From Microbotryum violaceum (lineage: Eukaryota), in NCBI GenBank assembly GCA_001244265.2, contig CDLV01000019.1, positions 372,001 through 436,000 on the forward strand: 64,000 nucleotides of DNA, given 5' to 3'. Both the position numbers and the translations under genes were made by a program. The notes beneath the pieces were generated by a model, which made no database searches, was not told the origin of the DNA, and was given only the letters and a program-made list of their open reading frames with translations. This document shows positions 1 to 12,335 of the stretch, piece after piece; position 1 is the first letter of the stretch; every line of letters starts with the position of its first letter.

Positions 1-983
1 TACCGAGTGACTTGCTCCGACCAGGCGGCGGAATAGCACTGGCTTTCCCGACGCGTGTCCCTCCCTCAGTCGGACTCGAAAAGATCAAAGGTGTGATCGC
101 TGGTTCACCCTTGATCGAGCAATCTCCTGGCGTCAGGGCCTCGGCGATCGTCGTCACGCTCGGTGGTCTGGTCGGCAAAGTGAGCGGATCGCTCACGATG
201 CCCGTTCAAGTCAAGCCGGAGGTGGGTCTATGCTCCATGCAGCGCCGAGGCGATGTTTCCTGCTGTACTGACGGAATGTAGCCCTTTAAAAGGATGTGTC
301 AAGGGATCCCGAGGTGGCCAAGTTGTATGCTGCTGATCCTCTCTGCAAGCAACAAGGATCGTTCAGGGGACTGTCGGATATGCTCAAAGGGGTTCGTCGC
401 AACTTCGCCTTGACGAGTGCGTACTTGCTTATCTGACGATGAGAACTTCAATACCATCTTTGATATGGACAGGGTGTAACGTTGTTGAACAAGGATTACA
501 AGAACTGGCCCAAGGACTTGCCTCTCTTGGTCATCCACGGTGAAGATGACAAGGTTGATCCCCCAATAATCGTAATTCTTGACTAATCAGCCGAGCTGAC
601 CCTGCACGGGTGAATGACTCTCTACAGGTCACTTGGTGCGAATCGAGCAAGAAGTTTGTCGAAAAGGTCCAGAAAGCAAGCGGAAACGCCGAGTACAAGG
701 GGTACCCAGGATTCTACGTAAGCCTCAGCCTCGATCGGCATGCGGTGAAGTCGAACAAATCTGACCCCCCCCCCCCCCCCCCGCGCGTCTCCCGATTCAC
801 GTATCGGGCTACTTCACACTGACGTAGCACGAGTTGCACAACGAGGTTAGTCTCTCATTTCAGCGACCTCCCAGGATGCTCGAACACTGATTCGGTCGCA
901 TGTCTTCTTGTGTTTCACAGCCCGGAGAAGACAAGTGGATCGTCGTGAAGGACGTGACCGATTGGATCAAGGCCAAGCTCTAG
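1..983 (+). CDS. Alpha/beta-hydrolase, acylglycerol lipase/lysophospholipase (Yju3/MGL-like); 5'-partial, multi-exon
   Basis: Spliced exons read GGGIALAF...GVIAGSPLI, DVSRDPEV...ADPL, LPLLVIHGEDDK-VT, YPGFY-HELHNE-PGEDKWIVVKDVTDWIKAKL*. These include the catalytic Asp and His motifs. Stop TAG at 981-983. Confidence 0.85.
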
Positions 984-1918
984 ATTCGAGGCACCACACT
1001 CAGAGCTTGCTTTCCTCGAGAGAGGTGTTCGTCTCAGTCTTTGAACGTATAATCCAACGCATGCTTATGTCCTGTGCTGCCTAGTCTACGACGCGAGTTG
1101 AAAGAGAGAGGGGAGGGGGCTGTATTTTGCATTATGTGTCTTTTTTATGCCACGAATCGTTTGTGCTTTACCAGAGTCCACGCTCGTATGAGAGGAAGAG
1201 ACGTATTTGCGATACCGCGGCATTTCGGAGAATTACTAAATCGGATGGACTGCAGCGGCACCTTGCGACCTGTTGTTGCCTTAACCCCGGACACCCCTGT
1301 CTCGAACTCGGACATGGCCGCTGTCTATCTCAGCCAACTTCCCAGTCACACGGTCTTGACGACCTCTTAATACAAGTCCAAAAGTGTTCATATGCTTTGT
1401 TTGTGTTCGAGTGGGAAAGGATTGTTTTTTCTAAGTCGTTTGCCCACAGCTTTACAGCCAGCCATCGACACCGACAAGATTTGCGCGTCCGCTCTCATCT
1501 CGCACGACACCGTTCTCGGAATTCTCCTCGCTGCGACCTGGCTAACGGTAAGCTTCCAAGAAACGATTTTGGCCGCTGGCCCTCGGTTGATTCTATTACG
1601 CGGGAAGCAACGGTCACGGTCAGAGGGTTTGTACGATATCTTTCATCCCATCTAAAGCGGCTGTTTAGGACTGGTCCTGACTTGAACAAGAGGTGATCAC
1701 AGTTCGATATTGGTTTATTTTCCTAGGACTACGGGGGTCCAGGTGGCCTATTCCCTCTCTATCAGGTTCTTCCCTTGATTCCCGGAGAGTAAGTTAGCTT
1801 CTCTGCTATAGTTTCCACATGTCAACAGTCGTCTCTACAATCCTCACCTCATACTAAAAGCATTCATTGCGGTACTTCCCTTTTCGCGTCACATTGCAAG
1901 ATCCCCCACCTTCCTAGC

Positions 1919-3978
1919 TCAAGAAGACGTCATCAACACCTTACGACTCCTCGTACCCTCGCCTGTCCCACTACACGTCGTTGCTTGCGCCGAAGGTGAG
2001 GTCTGATAAGGGCTATGCGAGGCGGTCCTCTTTCCCGGAGTGGTCGTCGTCGGTGTTGTTCTTTCTTCGAAAGGTTTCGAAGGGGCTGCTTCAATCCGAC
2101 TTGTTGGATAGGTCATATCGGGGGAAGAGGACGTCGAAGTTGGAGAGGTATTGTTGAAAAAGGTCATGTAAGAATCGATAGGTGTACCCGGAGGGAAATT
2201 GTTGTCCTCTCCTTCGATCACTCCCTCCCCGTCATCCAGCTCCTCATCACTCTCCCCCCGACTCTCAGCATCCACCGACATCCTCTCATTCCCCCTCCCC
2301 TCACTCCCTCATCATCCGGAGAAGTCGGCGTCATAACCACCACCTTCGCCGTACTCGCTTCCAAGCTCTTCAACAATTCCCTCGTAGCCGTATCCCCACC
2401 GTTCCCACAATCACCTGAGCCGGAGGTGGGTGATCCATCGACATCGTCGCTGACCTTACTGGACTAGGTAGGTTCGATGCGGTAGCTTTGCTTCTCTTAT
2501 CCTTTGGTGCGGGGATCAATGCAGGTGAAGGACCTACGACGGGTGCGTCGTATGAGGTAGATGAGGGAATGGAGTGGGAGGGATCGACTAAAGCGCTCGC
2601 TGCGGAGGCGGAACGCTCGTTAAGAAGATGTCGTGCGAGGCCTTGCGGTAGGAGGACCCTAGATGGTGCTGCGACAGAGGTTGAATCGACGGGGGATGGA
2701 GTGAGAGATGAGAGGGAGGCGGGGACGGTAGAAGAAGCTGCGGTGGTGGTGGTGGCGACGGAGGAAGGGATGGTCGAGTGGTCGATGGGTCGGAGGGGTG
2801 AGGACCCGTCTGGGTCCATTGGGGTAGGAACGATGGAGGAGTAGACACCACGGGATGAAGGGGCAGGAGAGTTGATCATGGGCGGTGATGTAGTTCCGTG
2901 TGAGGGAAGAGAAGTGGATGGCGGGGTCGAGCCTAATTGGACCGAGGCTTCATGTGCCGGTGTCGGTGTAGAGGCCATAGGTGTTGGTAAAGGTGACGCC
3001 AAGCGGTACTGTGGGTGCGAAGTGACGAGCGATGTGTAATAGTGCGCCAAGACGGTCCCCGTGGTCTGCTCATCATTTGAACAAGAGCCGAGCCCCCATC
3101 AGTCACGTGAGCGGGACCCCCCCTTGCAACGATCACCTCGATCCACCAAGCACACACGCACCGTTAACCGCCAATCGATGGCTTCACATAGTTCCTTCTC
3201 CAACAGGTTCATCTCGGCGATACCGACGCCACCCACGCGGGCATAGCGACCATTGGTGCAGAAACTGTCGCTGAGCGCTTTGGAACCGACGCTGACGCCG
3301 GCGATGATGAACCGATGCACTGTCAGGGACGAGATGGTGAAGGTCGTCATTCTCGCACAAACTGTGTATCAGAGAAAGACAAAAAAGAGGGGATATTCGG
3401 TATGAGCCTTTCGTACCAAAGTGACGAACATGGGAAGAAGGTTGCGGCTGCGTGCGCACCTTTATCGACGTAGGGTAACAGGATCAACAGACAGCACGGT
3501 TCAACATTGGTGTACCTGGCTATCCGCACGAGGTAGTCCTTGACGTTGATCGAAGGTGGGGCCCTCGAATGGAACCGCGTGAGCGAGGAAGGCGTCAACG
3601 GGATCCGGTCGTTGTGCTGGATCAGGCGGTCCAGCATGGAAGCTGTGGGGGACACTGCAGCATTAAAATCGAGGGGAAAAGAGGGGGGCAGCCTGAAGAA
3701 GACTGACCTATCAGACTGATGAGATCGTTGACCTGACAGAGCTCAAACAGATTAGGCACGACCCTGAGTCCGTCCGAATCGATGACGGTCGGCACGATCT
3801 TGGGCCCTCTACTGCTGCTGCTGGCCTTACTCTCGGGCGCAGTTGTGGTCGCTGTGGTGACCGCTGGATCGGAAGTTGTGGATACGGGCACAGGCACAGA
3901 TGCTGGGGTGGGTACATCGTCCTGCTGGGCGGGTAGGCGAGACGGACCTGCGACGGCATTCGCATTCGTCGGATCCAT
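1919..3978 (-). CDS. Pho80/Pcl-family (Pho85-type) cyclin with long low-complexity C-terminus
   Basis: Cyclin box TRFHSRAPPSINVKDYLVRIARYT, TISSLTVHRFII...VGSKALSDSFCTNGRYARVGGV...EMNLLEKE. ATG at 3978. The last exon requires a putative intron at 2537-2464. Confidence 0.85.
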
Positions 3979-4116
3979 GCCGGGCGTACAAGGTGCTGTC
4001 ACAGCGCAGACCAGACCGTATGACGATCCAGAGTGGTTGCGTCAAAATGCTCGTTTTTCAGACGACAACAAAGTCGTGTCAAAGCCAGCCTTGTCACCCC
4101 GATACCGAAAGAACGG

Positions 4117-4157
4117 ACGACGACGACGAACGACGACGAACGACGACGAACGACGAC
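4117..4157. repeat. Short (GACGACGAAC)-type tandem repeat upstream of the cyclin gene
   Basis: gacgacgacgacgaacgacgacgaacgacgacgaacgacgac seen directly. Confidence 0.7.
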
Positions 4158-4764
4158 TCGTGGTCGACTGATGTCCAACTCGGCCCAAGGCAACGGAGCG
4201 GGGAGCGGGCGGGGCGACGAGCAACGAGCGACGGGGATGGCGGTCGAGCGATGCACTGAAGCCCGTCTGGTATCAGTCGAGATGCACAAGGACTAGACGT
4301 TCGAGAGGCAGGCGAGCCCGAGTTTGAGCAGACCTGTCCCGTTGTGAGTGTGGGGCGTCAAGGCGGGATCGGTCGAGCGATTCGGAAGGCGCCGACATAA
4401 AGGGAGAGAGCGAGCAAGCGCGGGGGGAAGAGAGGTGCTCGGGGAAAGAGGTGCACGTCCCTAAAATTTTCATCCAGCCCCGAGGAGCTGCTGCTGCTGC
4501 GAGCACCCGCGAACTGCGGAAAGAGAAACGACCAGAGTTTACAGTATACTCCTCAGTGAATCAGACACAGAGAAAACTCGCAAGATTCCAATGGCTCAGA
4601 TCTTGAAGCAACATATCAGTTCGCCGAGGGGGGGTCATCTCGCCTGTCGACCTCAACAAAGGCCTCTCAAGTTATCGGACAAGACCAAATTGACGAATTG
4701 AACTGTACGGACTCGAGACCGGCCCACGCAGTCACCGACGACCCTATTCATTGCAAGCTCATCA

Positions 4765-5911
4765 TCACCCTTCTCGATGCAATAGAACTGCTCCTCCGAG
4801 GACTGTCAAATGTAGAGTATTTCGAGTGATCAGCTCAACTGATTCAATTGCTCAATGCAAACAGCTCGTCGACGATGACCTACTCGCAAGCAAGGCGTAC
4901 TTGAGCTTGGGAAAGTCGTTCTGCAGAACGCGAAACCACCACGATATTCCAGTCAGTTCAGTTCTGTATGAACGAGACAAACTAAATCTCCTCCGTACCA
5001 TCATGATCGTCACGTATCCGACATAAGGCACGTAGCTTTGTCGCACGAAAGAGACCCGCATCAGCACTCGCCCGACGACCTCAAAACGACAGCCATCCAG
5101 ACCGAGGACTGACCCTTGTACCTTCCCGACGATATGACTTCGTTGGAGGTACTTGATCCCATTGTATAGATCGACATCATCGGCCATGTTGTTGTCCCCT
5201 TTGGTCAGGATCCATTGCTCGGTCGTATTCCTCCTGCTCGGGATATCAAAAACTCCAGCATCGGTTATCCTCCCCCTTCTAGAACCCCATCGGTGGTGAA
5301 AAAGACTGACTGATCGTGCACCTCAATCACACGATGCACGATCGGGATCGGGGTTCCGGGAATTTTGTAGACGGTGATGTCGCCGAGCTTGAGCGGGGCT
5401 TTGCGTGGCATCGTCAGGAATAGGAGATCGCCTCGCTTTTTTGGGGGGAATGAGGTGTGTGCGCGGGGGGGATTGGGTGGTCAGGTCAGCATCGCTGAAA
5501 GGATCGTAGCTTGATTCGTTCCTTGGAAACACACCTGAATAGCCGGTTCCATAGATTCACTGAACACGCACACCGAATTCGAACGAAAGGCGAACACGTC
5601 AATCACCGACAAGCGCGGTCGCGGACGGGCCCTCTGTTCAACACTGACCTCAACACGACGACGATCGGACTTTCGGTATTGCAGATCACTCCCAAGCCTT
5701 TCCACATCATCAACGCCGTCGAGAGGACGGTGGCAAAGTTGAGGGCTTGGAGCAGGACCTGGCAGTGATGGACGAGAGGAAGTTCGTCCGTCGATCGGGC
5801 GAGGAGGGGAGTCAGTTCGATGTGCGCCCAGCGCATAGAGGTAGTTCGAGGGGTTAGACTCACATGTCGAAATCCCAGCCTCCGTAATGTGGCAATCTCA
5901 TCCGTGAACAT
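4765..5911 (-). CDS. SEC11: Signal peptidase complex catalytic subunit Sec11 (S26B)
   Basis: [19 protein letters not shown]...[22 protein letters not shown]...[29 protein letters not shown]; final exon ...[11 protein letters not shown]. Confidence 0.93.
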
Positions 5912-6347
5912 GGTGGTGGTTCAGGGCGCGAGACGAAAGCTTGAGCAACTGCGAGGGTGGACGTGTCGTGTCGTGTCGTATTCGTGTCGTGGCGTGAGAG
6001 AGCGGTGGCAGTGGTACCACAGTCGAGGCGACTAGGCAATTGATCTGAAGTGATAACAAAGACGTCTTGACGGTCAATCCAAACCTTGAAAGGGTTCCGA
6101 GGTGGTGCAGTGGAGCTTGCAGAGGTCCGAGGGCTGGGGTGGGGGCAGCCGGGCCGGAAGAAGGACTAGCTGGCCCGCGGCTGAAAGTCGGTCAACAGAG
6201 TCTCCAAGCTTAACTTTCATCGAGGCCCGTCAATGCGGGCTGACGGAATGCAAACGACGAGGAGTAGATTATATTACAAACGGATCGTTTCTATCACACG
6301 CCCCGTCCCGTGTACTATAGCTAACCTTCCTCCTCCGGATGTACGAG

Positions 6348-8363
6348 TCAGAATCGAGTGATACTCCTGCCGAAAATCCAGTTGGCGAACCAGTAGAACG
6401 CGAGCGTGCATCGATTACGCCACGACATGGCCTTGACCCAGTATGCACTCCGCCAAAGTAACCCTAAAACAGGAATGTCGTATAATCAGTCGGCATCCAA
6501 GATGAGCGATATCCTCAGTACCATTGAGGCCTTACAAGCAAAGCGACCGCCTTCTCTGAATCCGTCCTGGGTCGCACCGCTGCGATCGAATAACGCTTTC
6601 CAGTTGCCAATGTACGTCATGATACCTTGGTTGTGGAATTCGAACGGTCCGGGTAACGGTAGATCTCGTACTCGCGCATTGAGAATCTTGGCGAGATGAA
6701 CCGCTTCCTGCGAGCAGCTCGAAACGGGCCATTCGTCAGATATTTGCAACATCGTAAGTACCATCGAGAAGCTTTACAGACCTGGTTGGCTACTTGAGCT
6801 GTAGCGGGTAGCTTTTGGTCAAGCATGGCCGCATCACCGATCACGTAGACATCTTTAAGCTCCTTCCCGTCGACGGTTTTGGGGTTAAAGTGGCCGTTGA
6901 CTCGCAGACTGCGAATGAAGGAGGCGACGAGGGTCAACACAGGTGATCGGAACGCGATGAATCCCAGAGCGCGTACCTATGAGTCTTCTCATCATGTTCC
7001 AACTCCTTGAGGGATGCAATGAGCGGGTTGGGTGCGAGCCCGGTTGACCAGACGAGCATTCCGAATGGTACTGCAGGCCGAGCGAGATTCCAGTCAGGTC
7101 CTTCGGGTTGCAGGATATCAGGATCTAAAACGTACCGGTGCCGTCCTCTTTAATCTCGATATTGGCTTTGTTGACCTTGACGACATGTCGCTCCGTCTTG
7201 ATCTGTACACCCTGCCTCTGGAACTGCGTCATCGCATACTCGACCAGACTCTTGTCAAACGCGCCTAAAATGGTCGACGAGACATCATAGATGGTGATGC
7301 GACAGAACTTGGAGACGTGGGGATAATGCCGCTTCATGTCTTCTTCGATCAGATCGTGCAACTCTGCGGCGAACTCGATACCTGTTGGGCCACCACCGAC
7401 AACGACGAAATGAAGAAGGTTGGCTCGCTCGACGTCGGTCACGGTCGGGGAGGCTGCGAGCTCGAAGCACTCGAGGATTCGGGAACGGATCCTCCGGGCA
7501 TCCTTGACGTCCTTAAGGAAATGACCGAACTCCTTGACTCCGGGGGTGTTGAAAGTCTGCGAGTAGCATCCGACACTGATCGTGAGGATGTCGTAGTCCA
7601 GTGCAAAAGGCTTCACACCGGGGTACAGCGCCGAATGCTCAAAGTCCCGACTTGAGCCGACCTCGGTGCCCGGAGATTCTGATCCGTTCTTAAGCTTGCT
7701 AGCACTCCCTCCAACGGTAGGGAGACAGTTAATCTGAAAGTTTGAGGAGTAGATATTAACCGTCAGTAAATGTTAAAGATATCAACGGATAGGTTCTCGA
7801 CGTACGCTTTTGTTCTTGAGATCGATCGAAGTCGCTTGAGCCTGAAAACTGACGACCTGCGGGTATCGTCGGACGGGCTCAAGTGCACAGCGGAACTCGA
7901 TCGTACCCACTGCTGTCGAGGCTAAGAGAGGTGTCATAGCAAAATAGGTCTGACATGTCAAACAAGTGGTCAGTGGCACTTGGAGAGCTTGATATGGCTC
8001 AAGCCGGCTCTGGTACGACTCGGGGACCGAGGCCGGCGTTCGGACCTGCTTGGACTGACGTTCGGCGAGACCATCACGACGTCATAGCTGCGCTTGTCGA
8101 CTTTCCCTGGTAAGAAATGCAGGTGGAAGGGGCGTCAGCGTGAGATGGATCTTCCATACTATCTACCTTTAGCTTGTCAATTCACTCATAAGCTCGTAGC
8201 CTCCCCAACCCGAACCGAGGATCACGACGCGCTGCTTGGCCCATCGAGAGCTATGCGAGAACGATCGACGCGATCCGGCGAGACCGGGTGCAGCGACCTT
8301 AAACTTGGGGGCGACGGCGGTGGTACCGATTGTTGTGCTAGGTTTAAATCCATATCGAAACAT
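6348..8363 (-). CDS. Mitochondrial type II (alternative, Nde/Ndi-like) NADH dehydrogenase
   Basis: Arg/Ser-rich presequence; RVVILGSGWGGY; FAMTPLLASTAVGTIEFR; HFVVVGGGPTGIEFAAELHD; VYVIGDAA...LPATAQVANQ; C-terminal WRSAY...NWIFGRSITRF*. Confidence 0.92.
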
Positions 8364-10013
8364 GGCTGTGGATTATCCCCGTGTCCGGACCCTGTATTCC
8401 AGGTTCGGTGAGGCGGTTCGCGGTGGGAGGTCGAGCCATGACCGCGGCGCACCCTCCGAGCAAAAGCACTTCGCATAGCAAGAACCCATCTCCGCCGAGC
8501 TCCACACGGGCGTACCACACCGCACACCCATGGGTTGCGGGAGTTGGGGGGAGACTGGTATTTAGGCACATCGTGAGCTCAACAACTTCTGTTCCCATAC
8601 TCGCCCAATATGAAAACGCCGAGATAAGTCCTTTCTTCCGCATCGGACGCGCCATCAACCGTCTGCCCCGGGGGCCGGAGATGTACCTTCACCGGTCGCC
8701 GACTCGCCGGTCGGACGCGACAACCAATCAGCTCTTACTACGTAGCCTAGTAAACGTTCAGACCTATCGAGCTGTACCATATTCAACCTACCAACGCCCA
8801 GGTCTTCCCATAACATTGGGTTGAATCTTCTCACTAGGGACTCCGAGTCTCCGACCCCGTCGCGACTCGCCGCGAGACTCCCACAGACGCGCTTCACGGC
8901 GGCGGAGCTCCTCCGCCGTTAATAATTGATAGCCGCTCGGGCCTGAGAGGACATCGCAGATAAGTGGGTTGACACCTACTACCTTTCCTATTGATTTTCC
9001 CAAAACCTCTTTGGGCCCGAAGATAGAGCTGCCTAGGTACTATCTCTGCCGGGCGCTGGGTGACGGATTCCCCACCCACCACTAAAATTGAGTCGACGCA
9101 AAAGAGAAAAGGAAAAAATGTTTCGGTCTGCACGCTCGATGGTGGCTGTCGTGGTTCCGTCCTGTCCAGTCGACTTTGGTCAGCCCGAAGTACTTATAAA
9201 GTGCCGGCGTGACGCGCTCAATCAACATTCCGATCCTCGCCGCCCGGAGTCCGCGCCATCTTGCGCCATGGGATCGGCGAGCTAGACCGGCCGATCACGT
9301 ACCTGTACACGTCTTTTCGCCTCTTGCCATTCTCAAACATTTGAATACTTATATAGATCGATTCTTAGTGCTGCATTCAAGACTAATGCTTGGAATACTC
9401 TCACAATGGCTGACCGCAAAAAACTCGCCGAAAAGGGATTTTGGCAGCAGAGGCAGAAGAGTACGGTGGCCTATGGGTCTCTGCGGCAAGTCTCAAGGCA
9501 TGCATTTCTAGCGACTTGCGAGCCACCATTGTACGCCAGCCAATAGCGCGTGCCATGAGCTGGCGCAGTGGCGAGCGCAGACCGTGGCTCGCGCGGCGCC
9601 CTCCTGAAAATAAAGCGGTCGGGCATGCGACCAGCGCGGACCCTGTTGTTGTGGTGGTGCGTTCGCGTGCCAATTTGCAGCTAATGGCTTGGTGGGCGGG
9701 GCCAGTGCCCTTCACCTGAGGCCTTTGCTCTTTTTCTTCCTCCCTTGCCATCCCAATACCAACGTCTCACTGCCTCAAGCCCTAGGTTCGCCTTCCGGTC
9801 TTCCCTTCCGCTCCTTACCTTTTCGACGCCCTCAACGCCTCAACGCGACCGACGCGCCCTCGTCGACGAACCGGATCTCACTCAACTCCTTCCCGTCGCC
9901 CTCCGCCCGACCAACCATCGTCGATCGCCCCAAGGGTTTTTTTCTTCCCCGCCCTCCGCTTCGACCAATACCCGAGGCCGATCTCCAACCCAAATCCAAC
10001 CTAGTCCATCAAC

Positions 10014-11087
10014 ATGCGTTCTATCAGCTTGATCAGCCTTCTCCTCGCCGTCACTTCGGTGCTCGCGCTTTCCGCCGACTCCGCTGTCGAGTCTAGCCTC
10101 TTCGACCGATCAACGATCGAGGGCGCGCAATTCGATCGTCGCACCGGTATGCTCACGTGGGACGATGCAGAGGCACCGCTTTCCAAGCGTGATGGAGAGA
10201 TCTCCTTCATGGCGTCGTTCGCAGTGACGAAGCGTGACACGTCCGAAGCTGGTTCTAGCCTCGAGAAGCGTGGCCGTCGGTGAGTTGCCGACCAATAGGG
10301 GTCTCCTCGCCTGCGAAACAAAGAATATGCTGACTGACCCTCATTGTCTTGCAATTTCTGCATGTTTATCTTTCTCCTCAACAGAAACCACCACAAGAAG
10401 TCGAAAAGCAAGAAGACCAAGAAGTCGAGCAAGAAGAGCAAGAGCAAGAAGAAGAAGGCTTCGACGAGCTCGTCCGGCGGAGACGTGTAAGTATTCATGT
10501 CGAGTTTCTCTCGAATTGTTTGTTTGGTGTGATCGCAATCGTTTGCGGGCTGGTCCTGCAGGTGATTGACACCATACCACTCTTGTGGCATGTGCAAGAC
10601 TGCACGAGTTGGGGCCGCTCTGGCTGGCTGCCGTTTTCCAACTTCCAGAACGATGCTTTCCTTTCCCCTACAGTCAAGCTGACTTTAATCGCTCTCGTTG
10701 GTTCCCTTTCACAGTGCTACATGGTACACCAAGAAGGATTTGCTGAACCCCTCGTGTGGCCGCAAGTCGCACTGGACCCCCACCGACCGCTCGCTTGTCG
10801 TCGCCCCCACCGAGCGTTGGGCCCACCGCCCCGCGTGCGGCTCGTTCTTGCGCATCACCGCCCCCGGTAGCAACAAGTCCGTCGTCGTCCGAGTTTGGGA
10901 TACCTGCGGTGGCTGCGCGCCCAACGTGCCTCACGTCGACCTCACCATTGGTGCCTTCACCAAGCTCTGGCGCCAGGACGTCGGTTTGGTCAAGGGTGTT
11001 CACGTTCAGGTTCTTTCCGGCCCTCCTTTCAACCCCAACAAGTGGGACTCACACATGGTCGCCCTTTACGGTCCCAAAACCCAGTAA
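10014..11087 (+). CDS. Secreted RlpA-like double-psi beta-barrel (expansin/loosenin-like) protein
   Basis: Signal peptide MRSISLISLLLAVTSVLA; KR sites; Lys-rich linker; DPBB motifs ATWY...PSCG, CGSFLRIT, VVVRVWDTCGGC, HVDLTIGAFTKL. Three exons. Confidence 0.85.
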
Positions 11088-12335
11088 ATCAGTCTTTGGA
11101 GCTCGATAAGGGTGTTGCTACCCGTGGCCACCTTTTCTGAATCACCGACTGGAAAACCCCCTGTGTGGCGCTAGCGCTGTTAAACTGAACGCTCGATGCG
11201 TTTCTTCACTTTTCTCTCGTCTCTCCCTCTTCCAATTCGGCGTTTTCATTTTCCTCAAGTTTCGGAATGTTTTTATCATGATACCCCTTGAGGTCTCCCC
11301 GTTGGCGCTCGATGTTGATCCTCCCCGCTGCGTGACGGAGAGTGTGCAAGTATGCTCGAGCTTTTTTTTTGGCTCTCTATTATTACTAGCCCCTTTCTCG
11401 TAAAAGTTTCGTGGCCGAGTCTTGATATCTCTTCGTGGCAATTGCCTTCTTTGGGGAACGATGCGCGTCCTCACTTGTTTACATGCCCCCGAGTCATAAT
11501 TCGCCGAGAGAAGGGTTCTGCCACAGTGCGTGAGATCATGGTCTCTTAAAACTTGCCTGAGATGCCTAGTCCCATTGGACGAGCCATAAGCATGAAAGTG
11601 GCTTGGCTGGGGGATCGGCAAAAGCTCTTGGGGGCTCGGAGTCCACGCAGCCGGCCGGCTGCCCATTTCCCCGCAACGAGGTCCATGCGCCAAGCTTCGT
11701 TCATTTCATAGCCCCTTTTTTTCGCTGTTTCAGAGCTGGACTACTTTTCTGCTGGTCGGGTCAGCGTCGCCCCGCATGCTCACCTTGACAACAGCGGTAC
11801 TGTTATGGGTCTCGAATTCCCTCTGCTTACATGCCTCAAGAATGCAATGTTGCCAGAAGTGGCAGCGCTCTAATCTCAAACAGGGCGACAACGATGGCTT
11901 GCCTCTTTTGGCAGGGGTGTTCGCCCTCGGCATACGCTTTTTGGGGCGTGTTCGCACGGCAAGTGCGAGCGGCCCCGCAGCTTTCCGCGCGGCCGAAATT
12001 GTCTCGGCCGCGGGGGCCAAACCTTTTGAGACGATTGAGACGAGAGCCTCTTTCCCTCCTCACCCTCTCAGACCTCGGACACTGCAGTCACTGTCGTTCT
12101 CGCTCTTTCACCACTGCTGCTCGATCACTACTCTTTCTATCCACATTTTCGACTTGGCTGTCTAGTTCTTCGATTGTCTCGAGGCTACATCAATCGACTA
12201 TAAACTCGCATACACGCCCCTCCCGCGCCGGGACTGGTCACTCTTCGCATCCATCCCACTCAGCTCGTCTCACCACGCGGTAACGCCGCGCATAGCACAC
12301 ACGCACACGCATACGCACACGCGCACAGCACCATC

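Noticed and set aside
1919-3978. Pho80-like cyclin as part of the polyphosphate locus
   Set aside because: It is ~45 kb away with many unrelated housekeeping genes between; probably coincidental.
9055-9095. tRNA-like 3' end (ggattcccccaccacca)
   Set aside because: No T-loop GTTC consensus or cloverleaf could be built.
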